A stretch of DNA of 64,000 nucleotides from the human T2T-CHM13v2.0 reference genome, Homo sapiens. Position numbers and translations under genes: made by a program. Under the pieces are notes generated by a model that worked only from the letters and a program-made list of their open reading frames with translations, was not told the origin of the DNA and did no database searches. Position 1 is the stretch's first letter. Every line of letters starts with the position of its first letter. The stretch lies in assembly GCF_009914755.1 (NCBI RefSeq), contig NC_060941.1. One strand, given 5' to 3'. This document shows, in pieces, positions 50,863-64,000 of the stretch.

Positions 50863-52429
50863 TCATCTCAAAAAAAAAAAAAAAATTAATTAATTTGGGG
50901 ATCAAATTATTTTCAAAGTTAGCCAGAAAATAGCAATATTGTAGAGGTTAGGTAATCCTGGATTGATAGTTGGGTTCTGTGTATCTAAACAATTTAATTC
51001 CTTGATGAGTTCTAATTTTAATTTTAACCTAATGTCTTAAGCTGCTATCACATATTTTATAAACTCATTTTATTTATATAGTCTATAGCTATCCAGACCT
51101 ATATGAAAATAATAAGAAAAATGTAGTGATCTGATTAAATTCCAGTCTGAGAAATAGCTTACTTTTGGGCATTCCTGCATTTTCAGTTATCTTTTCAGGC
51201 AAAATTAGTTTTTCTTTAGGTTTATAAATAATTCTTACATAGCACCTGGTTGTGTTATATGCATTGTTGCAGAGAAATTTAATCTAATTTTTTTTAGCTT
51301 CCTGTGCAATGCCTAATCACAAAAGGTGGTTGACTTAAATTTCCTACATTTGTTAAAATAATTAAGTCTAGAATCTTTAAGATTCTTGTTAAGAATCAAT
51401 TTTAATGACCTCACAAGTCATATAAGTCAATCAGATTTAACATATCCTTAACATAGCCTTAATAAATGCGCCTATTTATGCATCCTGATATTAAGTGATA
51501 GAATTTAGAGCTATGAAAGTTTTATAGTCCAATCACTTCATTTTACACATAAGCTAACTGAGGCCTTGGAAGTGAGTGACTTTCCTGAAGACAGTAGAGT
51601 GGAGTCACAGGGAGAAGTCAGATCTACAGATTCTCTGTCCGTAAGTTCTTTTCACTAAACCACACGTGAACACTAATAATCCACATTTATAAAATTTTTT
51701 TTTCTTCAGAATCTTTAGTATATTTCACATTTTTAGCTTTGCTTGTTTTTGTTGGGAGCAGTCTGGCAAGGGGGAGCTGATGGTATAATGAGCAGGGGTT
51801 ATTTTTCTGTGTCCAAGAAATGGTGACATGTGAATCATGGTGGTGGGGTTTCTTACCAGTTCTCTGCCAAAGGATATTTTGCAAATGCTCTCATTTTGAT
51901 TCCCAGTGCCTACATAGTACAGCTGCAAGTTTTAACCACTGTAATGGTTGTTTGCCTTTTATGGACTGTCTTGTTTGAAAGCCCTTGCTGGGTAACTAAA
52001 CCTTTTCTTATATATCTTTACATCTCTGACTCTTATAGCATTGTCCTTATAAATAATAGGTGCTCAAAAAATGTCTGACAATGAAAGTATTTTTCATCAG
52101 TAGGGATAAGCTCTCATTTGCTCCTAAGTTTTATGAAAGATTTCGGGTAATTAAATTACAATGCAATTTTCTTCTTGTGCTTCTTCTTTGTTTGCACTGA
52201 TATTCCCATTATGTATTTGCTTAATTATTTGGAAGTTGCAAGAACAGCATGAAAAGCAACTTATAATGGCTGGCGAAGTGTCATTTCTCCTACCTAAGCC
52301 TTCTGAACAGATTTAAAGGTTGCACAATTCTCTGCTAACTTTCTTTTTAAAAAATATGAGAAGATGAATTGTCCGAAGAATCCCATCCAATAGAATTGAA
52401 GTGATTTCTGCATCCTGTGCTGGTTTTAG

Positions 52430-52736
<307 letters not shown>

Positions 52737-53081
52737 TGATCCACCCGCCTCGGCCTCCCAAAGTGCTGGGATTACAGGTGTGAGCCACCACGCCCGGCCC
52801 AGAGACAGTGTTTTTAACAGCTGGCTGCCCTCTAACAAAACAGGGAACTTCGCAAGGATCACCTCCCAGTGAAATGATTCTTCACTTCCTCCTTGACCAC
52901 CTCCACTGCCTCTGCCCAGCCCCTTCCTCCCTGGCTTGTACCCCACTCTGTCTCCTTTGATGGTCTTCCTGAGTTGGCCCATGCGGTTCAGTATGTAGTC
53001 CATAATCTCCCTCTTTCTGAGTTGAGGAGGATATTCAGGTTATAATCCCCATACAATGAAGTCTATCAGAAATCATCGTAA

Positions 53082-53324
<243 letters not shown>

Positions 53325-53782
53325 TGATCCACCCACCTCGGCCTCCCGAAGCACTGGGATTACAGGTATGAGCCACCACGCCTGGCCAAATCATCGTAAT
53401 TTAGTCAACTCCAGTCTGAGTTGAAGCATTAAATAAGCATTTGCAGCATCCCTGTCATCTGTTTTACTTTCTGGTCTGTACATCCCTTCTTAAGTCAGAT
53501 TCTTGAGATTAGTCTTCTTTGGACAGACCATTAGCCCCAGGTGGAGCTGCTGATCACAACCCCTCCCTGTACCACTCCCAAGGCTGTTGTCATCATCACT
53601 TACCCTAAGCCAGTTACTTTTCATATAGTATGCTTTAGGATGTCCCATAAACACTATGGACAAAGTTGGTGTTATTATCCTTAATTTACGAGTGAGGAAA
53701 TCAATTGTTGTTAACCAATTTGCCCATGGCTGGATAGCGAGTCAGTGGCAGAGGCAGGATGGATGTCTGACTGGTGGGCCTG

Positions 53783-54435
<653 letters not shown>

Positions 54436-54823
54436 TTCCTTTATGACTTTATTCCATCGAATACTGGGGTCTCTTCATGACAGAGCTCCCAGAAACATTC
54501 CTCTCTGGCTTTAATTGGAAGTTGTTAACCTGGATAACTACTGCTCTGCTGCTCAGCCAGAGACCTCTTGGGCCCAGCCCACAGGAAACGTCTGAGTGGT
54601 GTCTCTCCTAGTTATAAGAATTGTAGGTCATTGCTCATTTCCTCTGAACTAAGTTACCCGTCTCCTTTTGCCCGTCCTGGGGTCTTTTCCCCTTAGTTGT
54701 GTTCTTCCTGTTTGCTTTATATTTCTTTCCTTTTTTTCTTCCCTTCGATGAGAAGCTGCTTATTAATTCTTCCCTGAGACTCTTCATCCTCCCCTTATTG
54801 ATCCCACATTTCTTTAGAAAGTA

Positions 54824-54903
54824 TTAGGTTGGTGCAAAAGTAATATTGTTTTTTATCATCACTTTTCATGGCAAAAACCACAATTACTTTTGCACCGACG
54901 TAA
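54824..54903. mobile_element. MADE1 (Hsmar1-derived MITE), 80 bp
   Basis: TTAGGTTGGTGCAAAAGTAAT..ATTACTTTTGCACCGACGTAA inverted termini. Confidence 0.92.
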
Positions 54904-55713
54904 GAAATCAAAAATAACTCTCCTGCTACCACCATTGCCTGGCTTGTTGGTTATCATCATGACCCAGCTCAGAGGTTCCATCATTTCTTTTGTGTCAACG
55001 TGAAAGCCTCCCTGCATGGGACCAGAGAGGTTTCCAGTTATCATCTCCTGCAAAGTTTAGAGCTGTTTTCTTACATTAACCCCCTAACCCCGGGTGGGCA
55101 ATTTTCTTTTGAGGACGAATATTCTTTGTGCTCACAGAGTCGCTTACATCGTGGATATTGGGTATATTTAGGAGAGAAGGTTTTGATAGAGGGTCTGAAA
55201 ATGAAGGGAGGTGAAAGCTACATGTAGACAGAGGAGCTTTGGTAGAATGAGCCCAGATTTGTTCACCACATCCAGAATGATGTAAATTTAAGTCACGTAC
55301 AAAGAAGTGCTAATTTCTACCATCCCAGATGGTATCACTGCTGTGATTCTTTCTGTGCTCCAGATACTGTGCTTAGTGATGAATGTGAATTCTATCATTT
55401 ACTCTCACTATGGATCAGTGAGGTGATATCCCATTTTGTAGATCAGCAAACTGAGGCCGGAGAGGTTAAGAACTTGCCTCAGTTACCAAACCGATAGTGG
55501 CAGAGCAGAGGTTTTAGCCAAGGTCTGTCTGACCTCAGAATCTGAGCTCCTGGCGACTCCACTTGAGACGTCACTCCAAAATAAAGGTATGAAATCCATT
55601 ACACCAAAGACATGGTCGAAGAATGAAAAACGAGTGTATTCTGTAGGAATTTGGATAGATTTGGGCATACCAGGGCCAAGTATGGTAATTAAGAAGGGCT
55701 GACCTGTGTCTAG

Positions 55714-55723
55714 CTATTTATAG
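55714..55723. promoter_or_regulatory. MEF2 consensus site
   Basis: CTATTTATAG matches YTAWWWWTAR in non-repeat intronic DNA. Confidence 0.4.
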
Positions 55724-56143
55724 GTTCTTTTTGACATGTCCCTTTATATGTCTTTTGATCACAGAGTACAGAGTCTGACTCATTTTGACTCTTAAGGTTG
55801 AGTTCCAAATAGAAACTGCCCATTGGTTGAAGGAGGCTGATTACAATTGGCCCACTGATAGTTACTGGTCTGGATATACAGGAATGTTATGTTAAAATGT
55901 AGGTAACAAATATTGCTTCCATTTGCTGTTCTGTAGGTTGTATCACACAGAAACTAAGCCGACTCAAACCTTGTGTGTTTCCTTACACATCTAAGTTAAA
56001 TTGTATTAAAACTAACAAGAACGTGGCCAGTGTGGCAGCATACCTAAGTGTGGGGATTTTGCAGCCCCTTTTTGGCTTAGTGACTTTTTTTCTTCCTGGT
56101 TGTTTCTATGTAAATGTAACAATTTCCTTGAAATGATGAATGA

Positions 56144-56503
<360 letters not shown>

Positions 56504-59106
56504 TGATTCGCCCGCCTCGGCCTCCCAAAGTTCTGGGCTTACAAGCATGAGCCACCGCACCCGGCCTAAACCAATGAATTCTTTCTCGGCTTTCTCTCCA
56601 GCCAAAGCAGAACAGCTATACCTATGCCTCAGTTGTTTTTCATGATCCCATGTCGAAGCTGCGGAAATAGATGGTCTGGTTGTTGAGTGACAAGTTATTT
56701 ATTCCCTTCCTTTATTCTCCCTCCTCCAATTTCAAATGGGATGAGAGGAGATAGCTGTAAGCGTAGGGCTAGAATCTGAAGAATCAGTGGGAACAGAATA
56801 GTTCAGAGTATGGAAATTAGTTTGAAGTAAATGTAGAGATAACCTTTTTGTGATATTTGTAAACCTTGCGAGGCAGTCTTCACAGTTTATTTACCCCTTC
56901 CTGTACCCGAAACACCTTTGCCATTTGAAAAAAAAAAATCACAAACTCTGCATATACCTAAAAAGAGGACTTGGATAAGGAGTTTGTTTAGATCAATTCA
57001 ACAAAGGTTTTTGTTTGTTTGTTTGCTTTTTTCATTCAGGGTCTTCTATGTGGCCCAGTCTGGCCTCAACTCTTGGGCTCAAACATCCTCCTGTGTAGCT
57101 GGGATTACAGCCAGTGCCACTGTTCCCGGCTCAAATAATACATTTTTGATCTATTGTTATGTTTAAGACATCATGCTGGGTAGAAATAGGCAGAAATGCA
57201 TTTGACTTTACTCTTCCAGTGATTAGCCATGTGGCCTTGGAAAATCTACTTAACCTCTAGCTTCGGTTTCTTCACCTTCTAAATAAAAAGACTGACACTC
57301 ATTCACGAGGTCTTTATGAAGATTAAGCAAGGTCATATATGTAACATGCTTTGGCCAGTGCTTGGCATTCATTTATTCAACAAATATTTATGAGTGCACT
57401 TTATATTTGAGGTACTTTGCTATAGTACTCTCTCTATAAACATACATTTGCTTCACTCTTCCTTTCCTTCCAGCCCTTAAGGAGGTTATTGTCTAGGAGG
57501 AGGTAAGAAAAGCATAAAAATGTGTAGAATCTAAACTGGAATCCTAGATTAGCTTAAAAGAGGTACTATTGAGTGGGAAAGTCCTATGAATAAGAGAGAG
57601 ATCAGGAAAGTGTTGACAGGTGTGGAGGTATCAATGTGATTTTTAGAATCAATGAGGAAATTAGATCCAACATAGGTACGGGAAGGACTCTTGACTTCTA
57701 GTATCCAGTGGCACAATAGAACAATAAAATAGAGCAATTCTTTAGAAGGATTTAAAAAAAAAAAAAGAAAAGAAAATGCCCCAGCAAAGTATCTGAAGCT
57801 TAAGAGACCTTACTTGTGTTTTCTAAGAACTTCCTTTTTCTTACCAAGATTAATACTGTAGCTATTGCTTGTGATTGCAATAGGTGAATAAATGGAATAT
57901 ATCATATCTCATACTTTTAGGTGTTTTTTGGATTGTGGAAACTCCAGGAAATCTAGAGGTTAATAGTTAAACAAGTATATCATATCAACCAGGTTTATAG
58001 ACACACTGTAATTATATAAGCAAGCTGTTGGTTCAATAATCAACGTCTAGCTGGGTCAGGGAATATTTTCCAGAGCTTGGCCACGGCTGTAATTTTCATT
58101 TTTTATAACCTGCTAACATGCCAACCTGCCTTTTCCATTTCTTTTTGTTTTTCTCGAATCATCTGAAATCAGTGTAAGAGAAGGAAACCTGTTCAATGTA
58201 CTTTTGAATTCTCATTTTATTTACCTCAAGTAAAATAGTGTTCTGGAAAGTTCTTCGTATTACCAAATTGACTTTCTCAAGCATGATACTGGATATTAGC
58301 AAGGGAGTTCATAATTTATTTTCTATTTTTAATTTCAGAAAAATACAGTTCTAAGAGATAAAAAGATAAACATATAAAAATAAAAAGGAAGATAAAAATA
58401 CAGGATAAAAGATAAAATATTTAATACAATTAATAGATTAAATACATTTTTTCTTTTATTATTTTGGTTTCAAAAACAGAGTGACGTATAGCTCTGGGGC
58501 TCACAGTGGGCTGTTTCTCTGTGAACCTAGCATTTAATCACCTTCTTTCCCTCAATAACTCCATTTAAACAGAGTCAGTACAGTGTGAAGGAGGTGAATT
58601 GAGTCACCCCTCCTCAGATTCATGTAAGCCACAGGGCAGTTTTGGCCTCACTTTGCTGTGTGGTTAAAGATAACATATGACCCAGCCAGGTAGAAGACCT
58701 GTCAGCCATATCATCTCATTCAAGTGGCCTGCAAAGTCTTCTTGCTTGGGACTTTGTTCCTGAATGAGCCTCTATTTTTGTAAGGAAAGTAGAGGAAAAC
58801 AATGCAGATTTAATTCTGAAATTGGTTTAAGAATGGGATTGAGAAATTTTGATATATTCAGTCTGGAATAATTGTTTTCCATCCCGAGTTTCATTCTTTC
58901 TTTTTGATGTAACCCTATCTAAGGACAGGATAGCTAGTCAGTGTTGAGCAAGACATGGCAGGTAGAGGACTAGCTGTCTCTGGATTGCATTTAACAAGCA
59001 TTATAGAACAACCAAATAAATTATCTGTACCTCACTCTGTGCTAGACTGATACAAAAATGAACAGAATCCTCTTACTACCCTCAAGAAGCTCATATTCTA
59101 GTGGGA

Positions 59107-59553
59107 TGTCTATGTTTGCTAGAGCTACTGTAACAAAGTACCACAAATTGGGTGGCTTAAACCACGGAAATTAATTGTCTCGCAGTTCTGGAGGCCAGAG
59201 GTCCAAGATCAAGTTGGCGGCAGGGCTGGCTCCTTCTGAAGGCCATAAGGAAAAATCTGTTTTGTGCTTCTTCCCTGGCTTCTGGTGTTTGCTGGCAATC
59301 TCTGCATTTCTTCCCCTGTATACTCATAGCCCAGACTTTGCCTTCATGTTCACATGGCATTCTGCCTGTCTGTGTCTGTATCCAAATTTCCCCTTTTTAT
59401 AAGGAAGCCAGTCATATTAAAGTTAGGGCCCGCCCTACTCCAGTATGACATCATCTGTCATCAAGTAAGATCCCATTCAGAGATGCTGAGGGTTAGCTGA
59501 GGGTTAGGACTTCAGTATATTAATTTTAGGAGGACATAGTTCAACCCATAACA
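59107..59553 (-). mobile_element. MLT1 (B/C-like) MaLR solo LTR
   Basis: gtaacaaagtaccacaaattgggtggcttaa..cagttctggaggccagaggtccaagatcaag..ttcaacccataaca. Confidence 0.87.
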
Positions 59554-59887
59554 TGGCAGGCAAACATGGTCAGCAAACTAATGATACTCTGTGTGAAATG
59601 CACGTAAGTTCTGGTATAAGATACGAGTAGGATACCAAAGAAGGTGGGTGCATAACTCAGCCTGGGAAGATCAGGAGTCTGTTGGTAGAGGAAGGACCTT
59701 AAGTTGGTATAGCAGAACTTGCAGTGTGGTTCTCAGGAGAATAAGGAAGTAAAACAAGAGACTTCCCATCTGGTCCTTGAACGGACAGACTACCTGCCCT
59801 TTCTTCTGTTTTTGTTTTTGTTTTTTTTTTTTTTAATTGTTAATGACAGACTGGATGGTTCTAAACTGGGGTGTGTTAAATTAGAGA

Positions 59888-59915
<28 letters not shown>
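59888..59915. repeat. (AC)14
   Basis: Counted directly. Confidence 0.95.
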
Positions 59916-59918
<3 letters not shown>

Positions 59919-60110
59919 GTTGTATTGATTCCCAAAACTGAATTTGTGTTTAGTGGTAATGAGACCTACACAACACTCCCTGTGGTTGTCACAGGCAGCT
60001 TTGATGTACAGATACAGGGACAGGACTTGGTGGTTGGGAGAAAGGATCATCCTTCCCATTGTAACAAATGGTCCTAGTCCTACTGGGACAAAGTTTCAGA
60101 GGGAGAGAGT

Positions 60111-61369
<1,259 letters not shown>

Positions 61370-61561
61370 CTATGCTGCAGAATCCAGGCAATCATGTGAG
61401 CTTTTATTCCATATTAGTTCTGCCTGAAAGAAATGATTATACATCTCTGATTCTTTCAGCTTCAGCAGCAATCTTTGTTCATCTAGCTATTATGTGAAGA
61501 TGCACTCATAAGAAGCCTGAGTAGGTAGGGTGTAGAAGGACACACAGAAAAAGAGCAACAG

Positions 61562-61603
61562 AAACTAGTTTGGGGCTTGTTTCAAACAAGCCCGGACTTA
61601 TCT
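61562..61603. promoter_or_regulatory. candidate p53/p63/p73 response element, four tandem half-sites
   Basis: AAACTAGTTT g GGGCTTGTTT c AAACAAGCCC GGACTTATCT: three perfect RRRCWWGYYY plus one 9/10 match. Confidence 0.6.
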
Positions 61604-61994
61604 TCCATGCTGAGTACCTGTACACAGCTCTCTAAGTGGGACCAATGGAGTCAGAGGAAAACAGGAAGCAGTGAATCAGCTGGACTGTCAAGCCACTTCG
61701 TTTAAGACAGAAACCAGCTACTGGTTTTCTCTGTCAGGTTAGAGGGAGCACGCAGTCTAATGTGAACAAGCAACCCTGAGCTCTGGACTTCTACATTCAA
61801 GGCAAAGCTGGATAGAAGAAACGCAAGTGCTAGAGGAAGGGTTATACTGCTACTCTATTCTAACAATGTATCAGGGGGATGTAGAGCGACTCACTCAGTC
61901 TTTGGGAAAGCATTTGGCCCGTATCAAGAACCTGGACAATTTTCGTACCCTTTGATCCAGCATTTTTATTTATGAGAATCTAGTCTATAAAAGT

Positions 61995-62225
61995 GATTAT
62001 TGAGTGCTTACTGTGTGCGAGTCTTTGTGATAAGCACTTTGCTAATTAGGTCTAATCCTTCTCAAAACCTGGGCAGTAGGCAATATTTATCTTCTTTTTA
62101 CAAAGGAGGAAGTTGCAACTTTGGTGCATAACTTGTCTCAGATTATACCGTTAATGGGTGCAGAGCTGGGATTTGAATCTAGTTTATTTAAACACTAAAG
62201 TTCATGCTTCTTTTCTATACCACTG
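61995..62225. mobile_element. MIR
   Basis: ttattgagtgcttactgtgtg..gcagagctgggatttgaatctag. Confidence 0.7.
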
Positions 62226-63223
62226 CTGTGTCCAAACAGTGAAAAATAGAAACACCCTTATTGTATAATATACAATTATACTATATTGTATATTATGCAT
62301 ATAATTATGTCTTATAATTATATATAATAATTATAATAGTAAGGGGATAGCTTAAGTTATCAAATACTCACTTGATGTAATAGGTTGTGAGGAGATGGCA
62401 GTACCATTAATGGAAAGATGCCTGTGACCCAGGAGGAGTGGATATAAATATATCTGGACTATGATTACAAATAAGTGCATGTGTTTGTGTATTTATGTGT
62501 ATTTTGTTTTACCTTAAGTAAGAGTCTGCGTTAAGGAGAATTTCATGGAGTCCAGTTGCAGGAGGTATAGCTAGGCCTGGTAGGAGCTAAGTAAGGCATT
62601 CTCTGACTCCCTCCCTCTTTCTTTATCTGGTCTATCCCCTCCCTTTGCAGGGTCCCTCATTCGGCTTTTCTCTGAGGGTCTTCTCTGCTTTCTGCTTTTC
62701 TTGTGGACCAGGCTTTTTGCTCACTCATCAATCAACATGCACATAGTTTAAAAGACTCACCTTCTGTGACTTTCTTGCATCTATATGATGTGTAGTTGTT
62801 CCAGTACCCACCATATTTTGGCTAAACTTTCTGGTCTGAGATGACATTCTCTGTCTTTCAGAAAAAAAGAGAAAAATGGGATAATGTGATGAGGAGTGGC
62901 TGCCGGATTGGCTGGATCTGAGTCAGGTGTTCACCCCTGTGCATATGAGGCATTAACCCCATGGCTCACTACCCACTTGGAGGTGCTGTAGATCCAGCTT
63001 ATCTGGGTAGGGGTCACAGAAGGAACAGTCAAATGGCTGATGTCATACGCAGACTGAAAGGAAATGCATTAAGCAAATGAAAGGAACGAATATGGCTGGT
63101 TAGACTGATATTTAAATGAAGCTTTGTAGTGTTGTGACATGTGGCATTTTACATCATTCTTTTAATACAAACTCTGCATAAGGTTACATACTATTGATCA
63201 TGAAGAACTTGATTTTTACTCCA

Positions 63224-63783
63224 GATATATCATTTAACCCAGCATTCCCATTACTGGGTATATACCCAAAGGAATATAAATCACTCTATTATGAAGATAC
63301 ATGCACAAGTGTGTTTATTGCAGCACTATTCACAATAGCAAAGACTTGGAACCAACCCAAATGCCCATCAATGATAGACTGGATAAAGAAAATGTGGCAC
63401 ATATACACCATGGAATAACTATGCAGCCATAAAAAGGAATGAGATCATGTCCTTTGCAGGGACATGAATGAAGCCGGAAACCATCATCCTCAGCAAACTA
63501 ACACAGAAACAGAAAACCAAACACCACATGTTCTCACTTATAAGTGGGAGCTGAACAATGAGAACGCATGGACACAGGGAGAGGAAAAACACACATCGGG
63601 GCCTATCGGGAGGGGTGGGGGAGGGAGAGCATCAGGACAAATAGCTAATGCATGTGGGGCTTAATACCTAGGTGATGGGTTGATGGGTGCAGCAAACCAC
63701 CATTGCACACGTTTACCTATGTAACAAACCTGCACGTTCTGCACATGTATCCTGGAACCTAAAATTAAAAAAAAAAAAAAAAA
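63224..63783 (+). mobile_element. L1PA (about L1PA8-10) 3' end, 5'-truncated, with poly(A)
   Basis: ORF2 C-terminus PLLGIYPKEYK..FIAALFTIAKTWNQPKCPS plus primate L1 3'UTR. Confidence 0.93.
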
Positions 63784-64000
63784 GGATCTTGGTTATTACA
63801 GATGCATCTCCTTGGATTTGCTTATATTCTTTGTGAGGGGAAGAGACTCAGACCATATACACTATGATTTGTTCTGTTGCTGATTACTTTTATAACAAGA
63901 CCACTGGAACAGTAAAAAGGGCTACAATACCCTCTGGTGAACAAACTGAGGCAATGCTCTTGAACCAAGAGAACCAGAAAAGGCACATTGATGCTCTCTA

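Noticed and set aside
63925-63942. Second CTCF-like motif (minus strand TCACCAGAGGGTA)
   Set aside because: Two mismatches at high-information positions

Overview
Primate (human-like), Alu-dense genomic DNA containing the 5' end of MAP2K6 (MKK6) on the + strand. It has a small CpG-rich promoter (~45.4-45.65 kb) with a ZNF143/THAP11-type motif and an Initiator, exon 1 (5'UTR plus 16 coding nt, MSQSK-G, ATG at 45941, donor G|GTAAGA at 45957), and the first ~18 kb of intron 1. The upstream 45 kb is mostly transposon debris: about 50 Alus, a MER4-family solo LTR, a full-length Tigger1, MER2, MER20, MER58, MER5A, MLT1, L1, L2, MIR and several long microsatellites. Almost all ORFs in the supplied track are Alu or simple-repeat artefacts. 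Main hunt results: (1) a chain of exon-like fragments on the minus strand at 22.5-36.9 kb whose translations carry Methyltransf_22/METTL24-like motifs in roughly the expected order, a candidate unannotated unitary pseudogene divergent from MAP2K6; (2) a four-half-site p53/p63 element in intron 1; (3) a dense TGCA cluster across exon 1 and proximal intron 1; (4) a 5'UTR with a start-stop uORF and what looks like a frameshifted fossil of a fish MKK6 N-terminal extension. Repeat subfamily calls and protein comparisons are from memory and need database confirmation; repeat boundaries are approximate unless a TSD or TIR is cited.
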